This document shows, piece after piece, positions 19,251 through 27,472 of a DNA stretch of 32,000 nucleotides (its first letter is position 1; each line of letters starts with the position of its first letter). Both the position numbers and the translations under genes were made by a program. This stretch comes from Halomicronema hongdechloris C2206 (GTDB lineage Bacteria; Cyanobacteriota; Cyanobacteriia; Phormidesmidales; Phormidesmidaceae), in contig NZ_CP021983.2 of NCBI RefSeq assembly GCF_002075285.3, forward strand, positions 5,010,001 through 5,042,000, written 5' to 3'. The notes beneath the pieces are model-generated. The model was not told the DNA's origin. It searched no databases and was given only the letters and a program-made list of their open reading frames with translations.

Positions 19251-21657
19251 ATGGCCGACGCCGCAACTGCAGATAAAACTTCCCCGGACTCATCCCCAGA
19301 CATCACGATGCCGCAGCAGCGGTGGCAGATCCAGCCGGCTCCACTAAACGTCCCTCAGGCCCTGACCCAACTGACGGGCTACCCCCCCTACTGGCCCAGG
19401 TGCTGATTCAACGTCACCTAGAGACCCCAGACCAAGTCCTAGAATTTCTAGACCCGAAACCCAGCAACTCCCCTCCCCTTTAGGGGAATTCCCTGACCTC
19501 AGCCAGAGCCTCGACATCCTGGTCACCGCCCATTGAGAACCGTCAGAAAATTGCCATCTGCGGTGACTAACCAACCCGATGGCAATGACCAGCACGGCGC
19601 TACTGTTGCGCGCCCTGCGGTTTTTGGGGGCCAACGTCGACTACGCCATCCCCAGCCGCATGCAAGAAGGGTATGGTATCAACGAGCGCATCGTCGATGA
19701 ATTCTATGCTGACGGCGTGGCCGTCATTTTAACTGTCGACAACGGCATCGCCGCGGTGGCTCCCAACCCCCCGCCGCCCCAACCAAGCCTATCGGCAACC
19801 GCAACCAATCATCACCACGATGTCCCGGAGACAATTCCCCCAGCCCATGCCATCCTTAACCCTAAGTTGATTCGACCAGACTCTCCCTATCGTGGCATCG
19901 CCGGAGTCGGGGTTGCCTATATCTTGGCGGTCTGCCTGGCCCAAGCCCGGGGCCAGACTCAAGATCTCACCGCCCCCCTGCTGGAACTCTTTACCCTGGG
20001 CACCATCGCCGATCTCGCTCCCTTGGTGGGGGTGAATCGCCGCTGGGTCAGGCGGGGCCTGAAGCTCCTGCCCCGCTCTCGGATTCTGGGGGTGCAGGCC
20101 CTGATTCAAGTGGCCGGTCTCGGGGAGGAGGAGAAGGCGCTGAAGCCAGAAGACATCGGCTTTCGGTTAGGCCCACGCATCAACGCCGTGGGTCGCATTA
20201 GCGATCCTCAGATCGTGATCGAGATGCTGACCACAGACGATACCGGCATTGCCTTAGAACGGGCCATGCAGTGCGAGCAGATCAACCAGCATCGCCGCGA
20301 GCTTTGCCAGCGAATCGAGCTAGAGGCCGTGACCTGGTGCGAAGCCCAGCGCCAGGGAGGTCAATTGGACCTGACTCGCGATCGACTGCTGCTGATTATT
20401 CAGCCCGACTGGCATCACGGCGTCATCGGCATTGTGGCCTCCCGACTGGTAGAACGCTACGGCGTCCCTGTGTTTATTGGTACCTATGAAGACGAGGCCC
20501 ACACCGAAATTCGCGGCTCCGCCCGCGGCATTCCCGAGTTCCATGTCTTCGAGGCGTTGCAGAGCTGCGATGACCTGCTAGACAAATATGGGGGCCATAG
20601 GGCGGCTGGGGGCTTTTCCTTCCCTAGTAAGCACCTGCGGCAGGTGAAATCACGGCTGGTTAAGTTTGCCAATGGCTGCCTGGCCCCGGAGCATCTCAAA
20701 CCCCTGGTGACGATTGATGCCCAAGCTCGGCTCTGCGATCTCAGCTTAGATCTGTACGCGCAGATCGATCGGTTGCATCCCTGCGGCATCGAGAATCCAG
20801 ATCCGGTATTTTGGACCCCGGCAGTGCGCCTGCTAGAACAACGCCCCATTGGCAAAGGCCGCGACCATCTGAAGCTCCGGGTGACCGATGACTCTGGCAC
20901 AGAACTCAAGGTCTTAGCCTGGCGCTGGGGCGACTATTGTCCACTGCCAGAGCAATTAGACATCGCCTATAAACTCCGAGTGAACGCCTGGAATGGCAGC
21001 CGTACCATCGAGTTAGAGTTGCTGGGCGTGCGTCTGCCTACTGTTACAGTTACACCGCCCTCTCCGGAGCCAGCCGCGCCTACTTCCCCCCCCCTCTCTG
21101 ATCCTCCGTCATCGCCGCCAAACGGGGACATGAATGCCCTGGGCTCCCAGACCATGGCCACCTCTGGAGCCACCAGGGTTGACTTCAGCTACAGCAAACG
21201 TCGCTACAGCGTCCACATCAGGACTGATGCCACCGATGGCTCGCGACAGCTGATTATTCACAACCCAGAGGGGCAGATCTTGATCGTGGCATTGCCTCAG
21301 CGGCAAGGCTTTCTGGGCATTCCCGGGCAACCCCTACAGCCCATCGACCCGGAAGATGGCCGCTACTGCGACCTAATTCGGACGGCGGCGAAAGCGCTGG
21401 AACTCGATCAAAAGACGCGCTGGCTGGCCAAGCAAGATGCCCTACTGGCTGCCAAAGACAGTCAAATTCAGCTCCTGTCTCAGCAGGTGGCCTTACTGAC
21501 CTCGACTCTGGAGCACCTTCCTGCAGAGCAGCGGGAGACCTTGGCAGCCCTGCAGACTAGCTTAGAGCAGCAAGTTAATGCCGTTCAGGAGCAAGAGGCC
21601 CAGATCACCCAGCTGCAAGCCCGCTGGCACCAGACCCAGGTATCCCCTGAGCGGTGA
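19251..21657 (+). pseudogene. recJ: single-stranded-DNA-specific exonuclease RecJ, 5' end disrupted by several frame breaks (intact ORF only from 19579)
   Basis: The 19579-21657 ORF contains MTSTALLLRALRFLGANVDYAIPSRMQEGYGINERIV, LTVDNGI, HHHDVPETIPPAHAILNPKL, SPYRGIAGVGVAYILA and GGHRAAGGFSF. The missing N-terminus (QRWQIQP...LPPLLAQVLIQRHLETPDQVLEFLDP / ETQQLPSPLGEFPDLSQSLDILVTA / IENRQKIAICGD) is present upstream, spread over three other frames with stops at 19404-19406, 19534-19536 and 19568-19570. Confidence 0.85.
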
Positions 21658-21658
21658 C

Positions 21659-21874
21659 CTAGGCTGACTGGCCGCTGCTATACTCGGCCCCCCCAAACAA
21701 TAGCTCGATGTAGTTGCGATAGTGGGTCAACTGCTGGTTGATTTGCTGCGGCTCCTGCAATACCCGCATCATGATGAAGCTCCCTTCGACGGTCGAGATG
21801 ATGGCATCGGCGAGCCCCTCTGGGGTTACCGGTAACCGTGGTGGATGTTGTGCGATCGCAACTGCCGTGGCCAA
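21659..21874 (-). pseudogene. TetR-family regulator C-terminal fragment (no HTH domain)
   Basis: 71-aa TTG ORF ending ...PEGLADAIISTVEGSFIMMRVLQEPQQINQQLTHYRNYIELLFG, which resembles the last helices of a TetR ligand-binding domain. A further TetR-like piece (AIHDPVANVKQFVVHF) lies upstream in another frame (about 21880-21960). No HTH-like sequence occurs in any frame before the heptamer repeat. Confidence 0.4.
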
Positions 21875-22037
21875 CTACCTGCGCCCGAGGGCCAGGGAAG
21901 TGGACTACAAACTGTTTGACATTGGCAACTGGGTCGTGAATGGCCAAGCGCCTGTCCCCAGTTCCTATGCTTAAGCAACAACGCCCCGCAAAAGGTAGAC
22001 GGGAAATGGGGCGTTTGGAGAACGGAAAAGGGGGGAA

Positions 22038-22072
22038 GTGAAGAGTGAAGAGTGAAGAGTGAAGAGTGAAGA
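22038..22072 (+). repeat. heptanucleotide microsatellite (GTGAAGA)5
   Basis: Five perfect tandem copies at 22038-22072 with partial units on both sides (22034-22079). The repeat is preceded by a 20-mer (22017-22036) that matches 17992-18011 at 19 of 20 positions. Confidence 0.95.
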
Positions 22073-22132
22073 GTGGATGAGATAGGGTAGGGGCGTGGTT
22101 GCCGCGCCCAATGCAGAAAACTGGCACCGCCT

Positions 22133-22516
22133 TTAGAGACTCGACTCGGCGGGTGATGAATCGGGACTGCCCTCATCTGGTTGGGCCAGTTTTCCCATGA
22201 CAAATTGCACGAAAGAGGTGGCTACCTCGGCCGATTCGTCATGGGAGGCAAAGACGATGGCCATGCTCTGATCCTCACTCTGCTGATAGCAGAGGATGCG
22301 AAAGGCGCCATCATTGAAGTAGCCGGTGCGGTCAATCTCGCCACTGTCTGACTGCACTCCTAATTCGGTGATAAAGCTATCTGCTCGGTCGAGGCACCCT
22401 TGGGAGCCCACGTCGAGCCGCAAATCGCCACTGGCAATTTCTGGCCGAGCCAAAGCTGGTGTAGCCGCCAAGCCAAGACCAACAATACTGAGGGAAAGTA
22501 GGGGGTGCAGTTTCAT
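22133..22516 (-). CDS. secreted hypothetical protein
   Basis: ATG at 22514-22516 gives MKLHPLLSLSIVGLGLAATPALA-RPE, which looks like a signal peptide; 127 aa. The track ORF extends to 22612. No recognised domain. Confidence 0.5.
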   Translation of the reverse strand: MKLHPLLSLSIVGLGLAATPALARPEIASGDLRLDVGSQGCLDRADSFITELGVQSDSGEIDRTGYFNDGAFRILCYQQSEDQSMAIVFASHDESAEVATSFVQFVMGKLAQPDEGSPDSSPAESSL

Positions 22517-22758
22517 CGCGTCTTCGTCAATAAAATCGTTGAATGGCTTAGGGCTACCCATGGGAGGTCCTAAGCTACTGAAGTGCCTAATTGATGCTTG
22601 CAGGGTAGCCACATATTGCCGTTCTACTCTAACAGTCTATCGAAGGCTACCGAATGTTCCGAGGCTAGGACCACTTTATCGGCTGGCCGACGCCATCGAT
22701 CACGATGGGGACTGGGGACGATATGATGGCGATTGCGTCCTAATTGTCATCAGCCGCC

Positions 22759-22989
22759 ATGAAACGCCTGGATTACTTGTCAATCAGCGTTGCCACCTTG
22801 ATGCTAGTGGGATTTCTGGGGCATGAACCTGCCATCGCTACCTCCCCAGACTCCTGGTCTGACACGGAATTAGAACATCGACTCCCCTCCCTTCCCCAGT
22901 GGAGCCGCTATACGATCTTAGCTGCCGGCATGGCTGTGGAGCGAGATGACGATCCTGCCGGAGCAGCGAGGCTAATCGCCCTCCGTTAA
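22759..22989 (+). CDS. small hypothetical protein with one N-terminal hydrophobic segment
   Basis: ATG at 22759 (MKRLDYLSISVATLMLVGFLG...); the track ORF starts at TTG 22744. It ends 13 nt before the methyltransferase start. Support is weak. Confidence 0.3.
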   Translation: MKRLDYLSISVATLMLVGFLGHEPAIATSPDSWSDTELEHRLPSLPQWSRYTILAAGMAVERDDDPAGAARLIALR

Positions 22990-23002
22990 GGGTTCCATCA
23001 CC

Positions 23003-23629
23003 ATGAGTCAATGGACCTCTACCAGCCATGCCCTCGACTATTTAGCCCGGGCCGATCAAATTCCGCACCGCACCGAAGGGGAGGCGGTGGTGCTCGATCA
23101 TGTCCCCAAACAGGCAGGCTGCATTCTAGATCTGGGCAGCGGTGATGGTCGTCTGCTGGCTTTATTACAGTTGGATCGACCCCAAATGCAGGGGATTGCC
23201 CTCGACTTTTCCCCAGCAATGCTGACTGCTGCTCGCCAGCGATTTGCCGGCGATGGTCGAGTGACGGTGATCAGCCACGATTTGAGGCAGCCCCTGCCAC
23301 CTCTGGGTAGCTTTGACGCTATTGTCTCTAGCTTTGCCATTCATCATCTGGAGCACGATCGCAAGCGCGCCCTCTATGGAGAAATCTTCGATCGCCTAGA
23401 GCCCGGCGGTATCTTCTGCAACCTGGAGCATGTGGCTTCCCCTACCGAGGGATTGCATCGCCACTTCATGGCAGCCATTGGCTATCGACCCGAGGACGAA
23501 GATCCAGAGAACCGCTTACTGGATATGGAGACCCAACTCAACTGGCTACGGCAGATCGGCTTCGACCATGTGGATTGCTATTGGAAATGGCTGGAGATGG
23601 CGTTGATGGTGGGCTACAAGCCTGCCTGA
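23003..23629 (+). CDS. class I SAM-dependent methyltransferase
   Basis: Motif I ILDLGSGDGRL, followed by the acidic post-I and motif II/III spacing (DAIVSSFAIHHL, GGIFCNLEH); 208 aa. Confidence 0.85.
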   Translation: MSQWTSTSHALDYLARADQIPHRTEGEAVVLDHVPKQAGCILDLGSGDGRLLALLQLDRPQMQGIALDFSPAMLTAARQRFAGDGRVTVISHDLRQPLPPLGSFDAIVSSFAIHHLEHDRKRALYGEIFDRLEPGGIFCNLEHVASPTEGLHRHFMAAIGYRPEDEDPENRLLDMETQLNWLRQIGFDHVDCYWKWLEMALMVGYKPA

Positions 23630-24162
23630 AGAGTAGGCAGTGTCGTCCAGAGAAACACAATCAGGGCCACTAAGCCCAAGAGCCCCTGCAGCAGGTTGCC
23701 CACTAGAGTGCCAACGACGATGGCCACCCCCACCTTCAAGGACTGCTGCAGCCGGATCGGCAACCCCAGTTCCCGTCGGTGCAGAAATTCGCCCAAAAAG
23801 GCTCCCAGTACAGTGCCGAAGAGAATACCCAGGAGGGGGCCGCCCACCGGCAGGGTCGGCAGTAGGCCCAGAAAGCCTAAAATCATCCCCACGATGGCTC
23901 CCAGTTGGGCCCAGTTACTGGCGCCGACTCGCTTGGCGCTGAGGATACCCGCCAAGTAGTCAACGGCAACGCTGAGCAAGAAGGCCACCAGGGCTGTCCC
24001 CAAGGCTATCCCTAAGCCAGCGAAGCCCTTGATCACGCCCCAGATCACCACCGCGCCAGGACCAGGGCACCCGGGCATGGCCGGGATAAAAGGCCCCACC
24101 CCCCTGCGCCATGACCAGCACCATCCCAATAGAGCCCTAGTTCCCAGAGGCCACCGGTCCAC
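23614..24162 (-). CDS. DUF456-family membrane protein (N-terminus possibly frame-shifted)
   Basis: IPAMPGCPGPGAVVIWGVIKGF...YLAGILSAKRVGASNWAQLGAIVGMILGFLG...GPLLGILFGTVLGAFLGEFL matches the DUF456 layout. The first 25 residues of the track ORF (WCWSWRRG) look non-native. The 3' end overlaps the methyltransferase 3' end by 16 nt. Confidence 0.65.
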   Translation of the reverse strand: MDRWPLGTRALLGWCWSWRRGVGPFIPAMPGCPGPGAVVIWGVIKGFAGLGIALGTALVAFLLSVAVDYLAGILSAKRVGASNWAQLGAIVGMILGFLGLLPTLPVGGPLLGILFGTVLGAFLGEFLHRRELGLPIRLQQSLKVGVAIVVGTLVGNLLQGLLGLVALIVFLWTTLPTLQAGL

Positions 24163-24478
24163 CGGGCGCCATGCTATGCTGAGGCCATGCCAAGAGGATG
24201 TGGCCCTGTCGACAGGGAGGTCGTTAGGTGGTCCCAGCTACGACTCAAGGCATCCATCGGGACATCCATAGGGCAAGGAAATAGAGGGACACAGGGAGTA
24301 TAGCGAAAGGTAGAAGGAAAAAGGCAGAGGGCAGAATCAGGATGCTTGCTAGGCAAAGAATTCACTGATTTGGCATGGCCTAACCTGGCTGACTACAGCT
24401 GTCTAGCAACCGCCGCCAAGCTTTGTGGTACTCCCAGATCCAACGAAACGTCTGTCGTGAATCGAGGGCTTAGAAACC

Positions 24479-25339
24479 ATGATGTTCCTGAAGGTAAAGA
24501 CGGTATCGCTGCCACCCACGACCCTGGTATTGGCCTCCATCGGCTCGATCCAGTTGGGGTCGGCCCTGGCTAAGGGACTGTTTGACCAGATCAGTCCGAC
24601 AGGGATGGTGGCCCTGCGGGTGGGGCTGGTGGCGGCAGGGTTGTTGCTGCTGTGGCGCCCCTCCCCTGGGTCGCTATGCCCGGGCCAGCTATGGCCTGTT
24701 GCTGCCCTTCGGCCTGGTCCTGGCTGCCATGAATCTCTGCTTTTATGGTGCGATCGCACGGATTCCCATTGGAGTAGCCGTCGCCCTACAGTTCACCGGT
24801 CCCCTGGGGGTGGCCTTGGTCCATTCCCGACGTCCCTTAGATGGGCTCTGGGTGGGTTGGCGGCGGCAGGCATTGGCCTGCTCATCCCGGTCCAGGGCCT
24901 GGCCCTCGATCCGATGGGGATGGGATTAGCCCTACTGGGCGGAGCCTGCTGGGGTACCTACATGCTGCTGTCGGCCAAGGTAGGACGTCTGTTTCCCCAG
25001 GGAGAGGGGCTGGCCCTAGCCATGGTCATCGCAGCCATGGCCCTCTTACCTTTGGGAGTCTGGGTCGATGGTCCTCGGTTACTGCAGCCGCTAGTGTTGG
25101 TCACGGGCGTGGGGGTAGCCCTACTGTCCTCCGCCGTGCCCTATTCTCTGGAGATGGCGGCCCTGCAACGATTGCCGCTGCAGGTCTTTGGAGTTCTGCT
25201 GAGCCTGGAGCCCGCCGTCGCTGCCCTGATCGCCCTGGTAGTCTTGGGAGAGACCCTGGTACCCCGCATGGTCGGGGCCATTGTCCTGATCACCCTGGCC
25301 GCCGTGGGATCCTCCCAAGGACCTCCCCTATCGCAGTAA
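24479..25339 (+). CDS. rhtA: EamA/DMT-family transporter, RhtA-like (threonine/homoserine exporter type), with an internal out-of-frame segment
   Basis: The ends of the 286-aa ORF match RhtA (ASIGSIQLGSALAKGLF...; LLSSAVPYSLEMAALQRLPLQVFGVLLSLEPAVAAL...LGETL). The central conserved block AMNLCFYGAIARIPIGVAVALQFTGPLGVALVHSRRPLDGLWV is encoded only in the overlapping frame (ORF 24582-24929). Confidence 0.8.
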   Translation: MMFLKVKTVSLPPTTLVLASIGSIQLGSALAKGLFDQISPTGMVALRVGLVAAGLLLLWRPSPGSLCPGQLWPVAALRPGPGCHESLLLWCDRTDSHWSSRRPTVHRSPGGGLGPFPTSLRWALGGLAAAGIGLLIPVQGLALDPMGMGLALLGGACWGTYMLLSAKVGRLFPQGEGLALAMVIAAMALLPLGVWVDGPRLLQPLVLVTGVGVALLSSAVPYSLEMAALQRLPLQVFGVLLSLEPAVAALIALVVLGETLVPRMVGAIVLITLAAVGSSQGPPLSQ

Positions 25340-25391
25340 TTCCGTGATGGGTGTGAAACACTGGATATAGGGATGCATTTTCCGAACGACC

Positions 25392-25490
25392 ATGAGCCTC
25401 TGTATCAACCCTCGCTGTCCCCAGCCCGATCATCCTGACAACGGGCACAATCGCTATTGTCAGGGATGCGGCTCTGAACTGGTACTGCAG
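25392..25490 (+). other. detached Cys4 zinc-ribbon leader of the downstream Ser/Thr kinase
   Basis: MSLCINPRCPQPDHPDNGHNRYCQGCGSELVLQG is the CxxxC...CxxC prefix that commonly opens cyanobacterial Ser/Thr kinases. It is one frame away from the kinase ORF. Confidence 0.6.
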
Positions 25491-25501
25491 GGCGCTATCG
25501 G

Positions 25502-27472
25502 GTGCTGCGGTTGCTCAGCAGTCACAGTGGCTTCGGCATGGTCTACGAAGCCTACGAGCGCAGCACCCCGATGATCCTGAAGGTACTGAAATCAAGCCAC
25601 AACGATAATCCTAAGGTGCTGGAACTGTTTCAACGGGAAGCAGAAGTACTGAGTCAACTACACCATCCCGGCGTGCCTCGGGTAGCTGCCGACGGCTATT
25701 TTGCCTACTGGCCCCAGGGCAGTGACCAGCCGCTGCATTGCATCCTGATGGAAAAGATCGACGGCCCCAACCTGAAGCAGTGGATGGTGCAGCAGGGAAA
25801 CCATCCTATCAGTGAAACCCAGGCCCGCTACTGGTTAACCCAACTGACCGAGGTCCTGCAACTGATCCATCGGCATCATTGTTTCCACCGCGATATCAAG
25901 CCTGACAACATCATGCTGCGGGCCAATGGTCAGGTGGTGTTAGTGGACTTCGGGGCGGCTCGTCAGATGACGGCCACCTACATGGCCCAGTTGGGAGCCA
26001 CAGGCGGCATCACTACCGTTAGTTCCGCGGGCTACACCCCTCCCGAGCAAGAGCATGGCCAAGCAGTGCCCCAGTCCGATTTCTATGCCCTGGGGCGCAC
26101 GCTGATCTACCTGCTGACGGCCCAGTCTCCCACCGATCCCACCATCTATGACTCTCGCACCAATACTTTCCATTGGCGGCAGCAGGCTGACCAAGTCTCG
26201 CCTGAATTCGCCGACCTGATCGACTGGCTCACGGCCCCGCGAGCGGTGGATCGGCCTCAGACGCCGGAGGCCATCCTGGCTCGCCTGGCGGAGTTGCCCA
26301 CCAGTGTGTCTCAAGGGCTGGTGTTACCGACGACTACCCTCGATCCTCCCTCGGCAGTTCCCTCTACGCAGATGCAGCGAGACCCTGAAGTACAGGACAG
26401 CAGCGCTACGGGGGCAATATCTTGGCGGCGGCGATGGCCATGGGTTGGGATCGGGGCGGCGTCTCTGGTGGGTTTAGGCCTGATCTTGGCCTGGGGGTGG
26501 CAACGGTGGCAGCCCCAGGCGACGACGAATTCCCCGAGCCCAGCAACCCCGATCTCTGAGGCCAACAGTGGGCCAGTAGAGCTAGTGGGGCGGTTGCCAG
26601 GCCATGTCAGCTCTGTGAATGCTCTGCAGCTGAGTGGTGATGGCCAGACCCTGATCAGTGCCGGAGCAGATGGTACTATTCGCTTTTGGGATCTGACTCG
26701 GCGGGGAGAGGCCCAGCGCCTAGAAGGCCACCGCAGCTTCATCAATACCGTGGTGTTCAGTCGCGACGAGACTCGCCTCTTCAGCGGCGGGGCCGATGGT
26801 CAGCTCTATGGTTGGGATGTGCTTGCGGGCACGGTGCAATGGCACCGAGAGGCCCATACTAGCCCGGTAAACACCCTGGCCATCAGTCACGATGGTCGCA
26901 CCCTGGCCAGTGGCAGTGCCGATGGGGAGATTAAGCTCTGGACTGTCGATGGTCAGACCATGATCCGGACCATTCAGGCCCATGACGGGCCGGTCAATAC
27001 CCTAGAGTTCAGCGCCGACGGCCAATGGCTGGCCAGTGGTGGGGCAGATCGGCTGGTGCGACTGTGGGATCTCGATAGTGGCGACGAGCTCCACACCTTT
27101 CGGGGGCACACCAGCTATGTGAACGATCTGGCCATCAGTCCCGACGGTCAGATCCTCTTCAGTGCCAGTGCTGACCGCACGATTCGGCGTTGGCAGCTGA
27201 TGGATTACACCGAGCTGCCTCCTTTGGCAGGGCACACCAGCTTTGTCAATGCTCTTCAGGTTAGCCAGGACGGCCAGATTCTCTATAGTGGTGGCAATGA
27301 TCGCACCGTGGGCCTATGGGATATGGTTACCGGCCAGCTCCAGGCCAAGTTGACTGGCTTTGACCGGCCGATTCGGCATATGGTGGTGCATCCCAATGGC
27401 CAGATTGTCACGGCCAAGTCAGATGATGACCTGATTAATATCTGGATGCCTCCCGTCGGTCTGGCCCCTTAG
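25502..27472 (+). CDS. Ser/Thr protein kinase - transmembrane helix - seven-bladed WD40 protein
   Basis: Kinase motifs [31 protein letters not shown] and GYTPPEQ. A hydrophobic helix [22 protein letters not shown] lies at 26435-26500. Seven WD40 units follow (GH.S.VN.L..S.DGQ.L.SG..D..(I/V)..W(D)). The track start (GTG 25502) is probably not the native start. Confidence 0.85.
   Translation: MLRLLSSHSGFGMVYEAYERSTPMILKVLKSSHNDNPKVLELFQREAEVLSQLHHPGVPRVAADGYFAYWPQGSDQPLHCILMEKIDGPNLKQWMVQQGNHPISETQARYWLTQLTEVLQLIHRHHCFHRDIKPDNIMLRANGQVVLVDFGAARQMTATYMAQLGATGGITTVSSAGYTPPEQEHGQAVPQSDFYALGRTLIYLLTAQSPTDPTIYDSRTNTFHWRQQADQVSPEFADLIDWLTAPRAVDRPQTPEAILARLAELPTSVSQGLVLPTTTLDPPSAVPSTQMQRDPEVQDSSATGAISWRRRWPWVGIGAASLVGLGLILAWGWQRWQPQATTNSPSPATPISEANSGPVELVGRLPGHVSSVNALQLSGDGQTLISAGADGTIRFWDLTRRGEAQRLEGHRSFINTVVFSRDETRLFSGGADGQLYGWDVLAGTVQWHREAHTSPVNTLAISHDGRTLASGSADGEIKLWTVDGQTMIRTIQAHDGPVNTLEFSADGQWLASGGADRLVRLWDLDSGDELHTFRGHTSYVNDLAISPDGQILFSASADRTIRRWQLMDYTELPPLAGHTSFVNALQVSQDGQILYSGGNDRTVGLWDMVTGQLQAKLTGFDRPIRHMVVHPNGQIVTAKSDDDLINIWMPPVGLAP

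Noticed and set aside
21046-21125. Pro/Ser-rich stretch (TVTPPSPEPAAPTSPPLSDPPSSPP) in the RecJ C-terminal region, considered as another lesion.
   Set aside because: It is in frame, flanked by conserved sequence on both sides, and looks like an ordinary flexible linker before the cyanobacterial C-terminal extension.
21678-22203. ORFs of 149 and 125 aa on the minus strand.
   Set aside because: They read straight through the (GTGAAGA)n array (HSSLFTLHSSLFTLH) and the TetR stub in wrong frames, so they are artefacts of a stop-free repeat.
24841-25347. A 168-aa plus-strand ORF overlapping the 3' half of the rhtA-like gene.
   Set aside because: It is a Gly/Arg/Pro-rich alternative frame of a well conserved transporter segment and not independent coding sequence.
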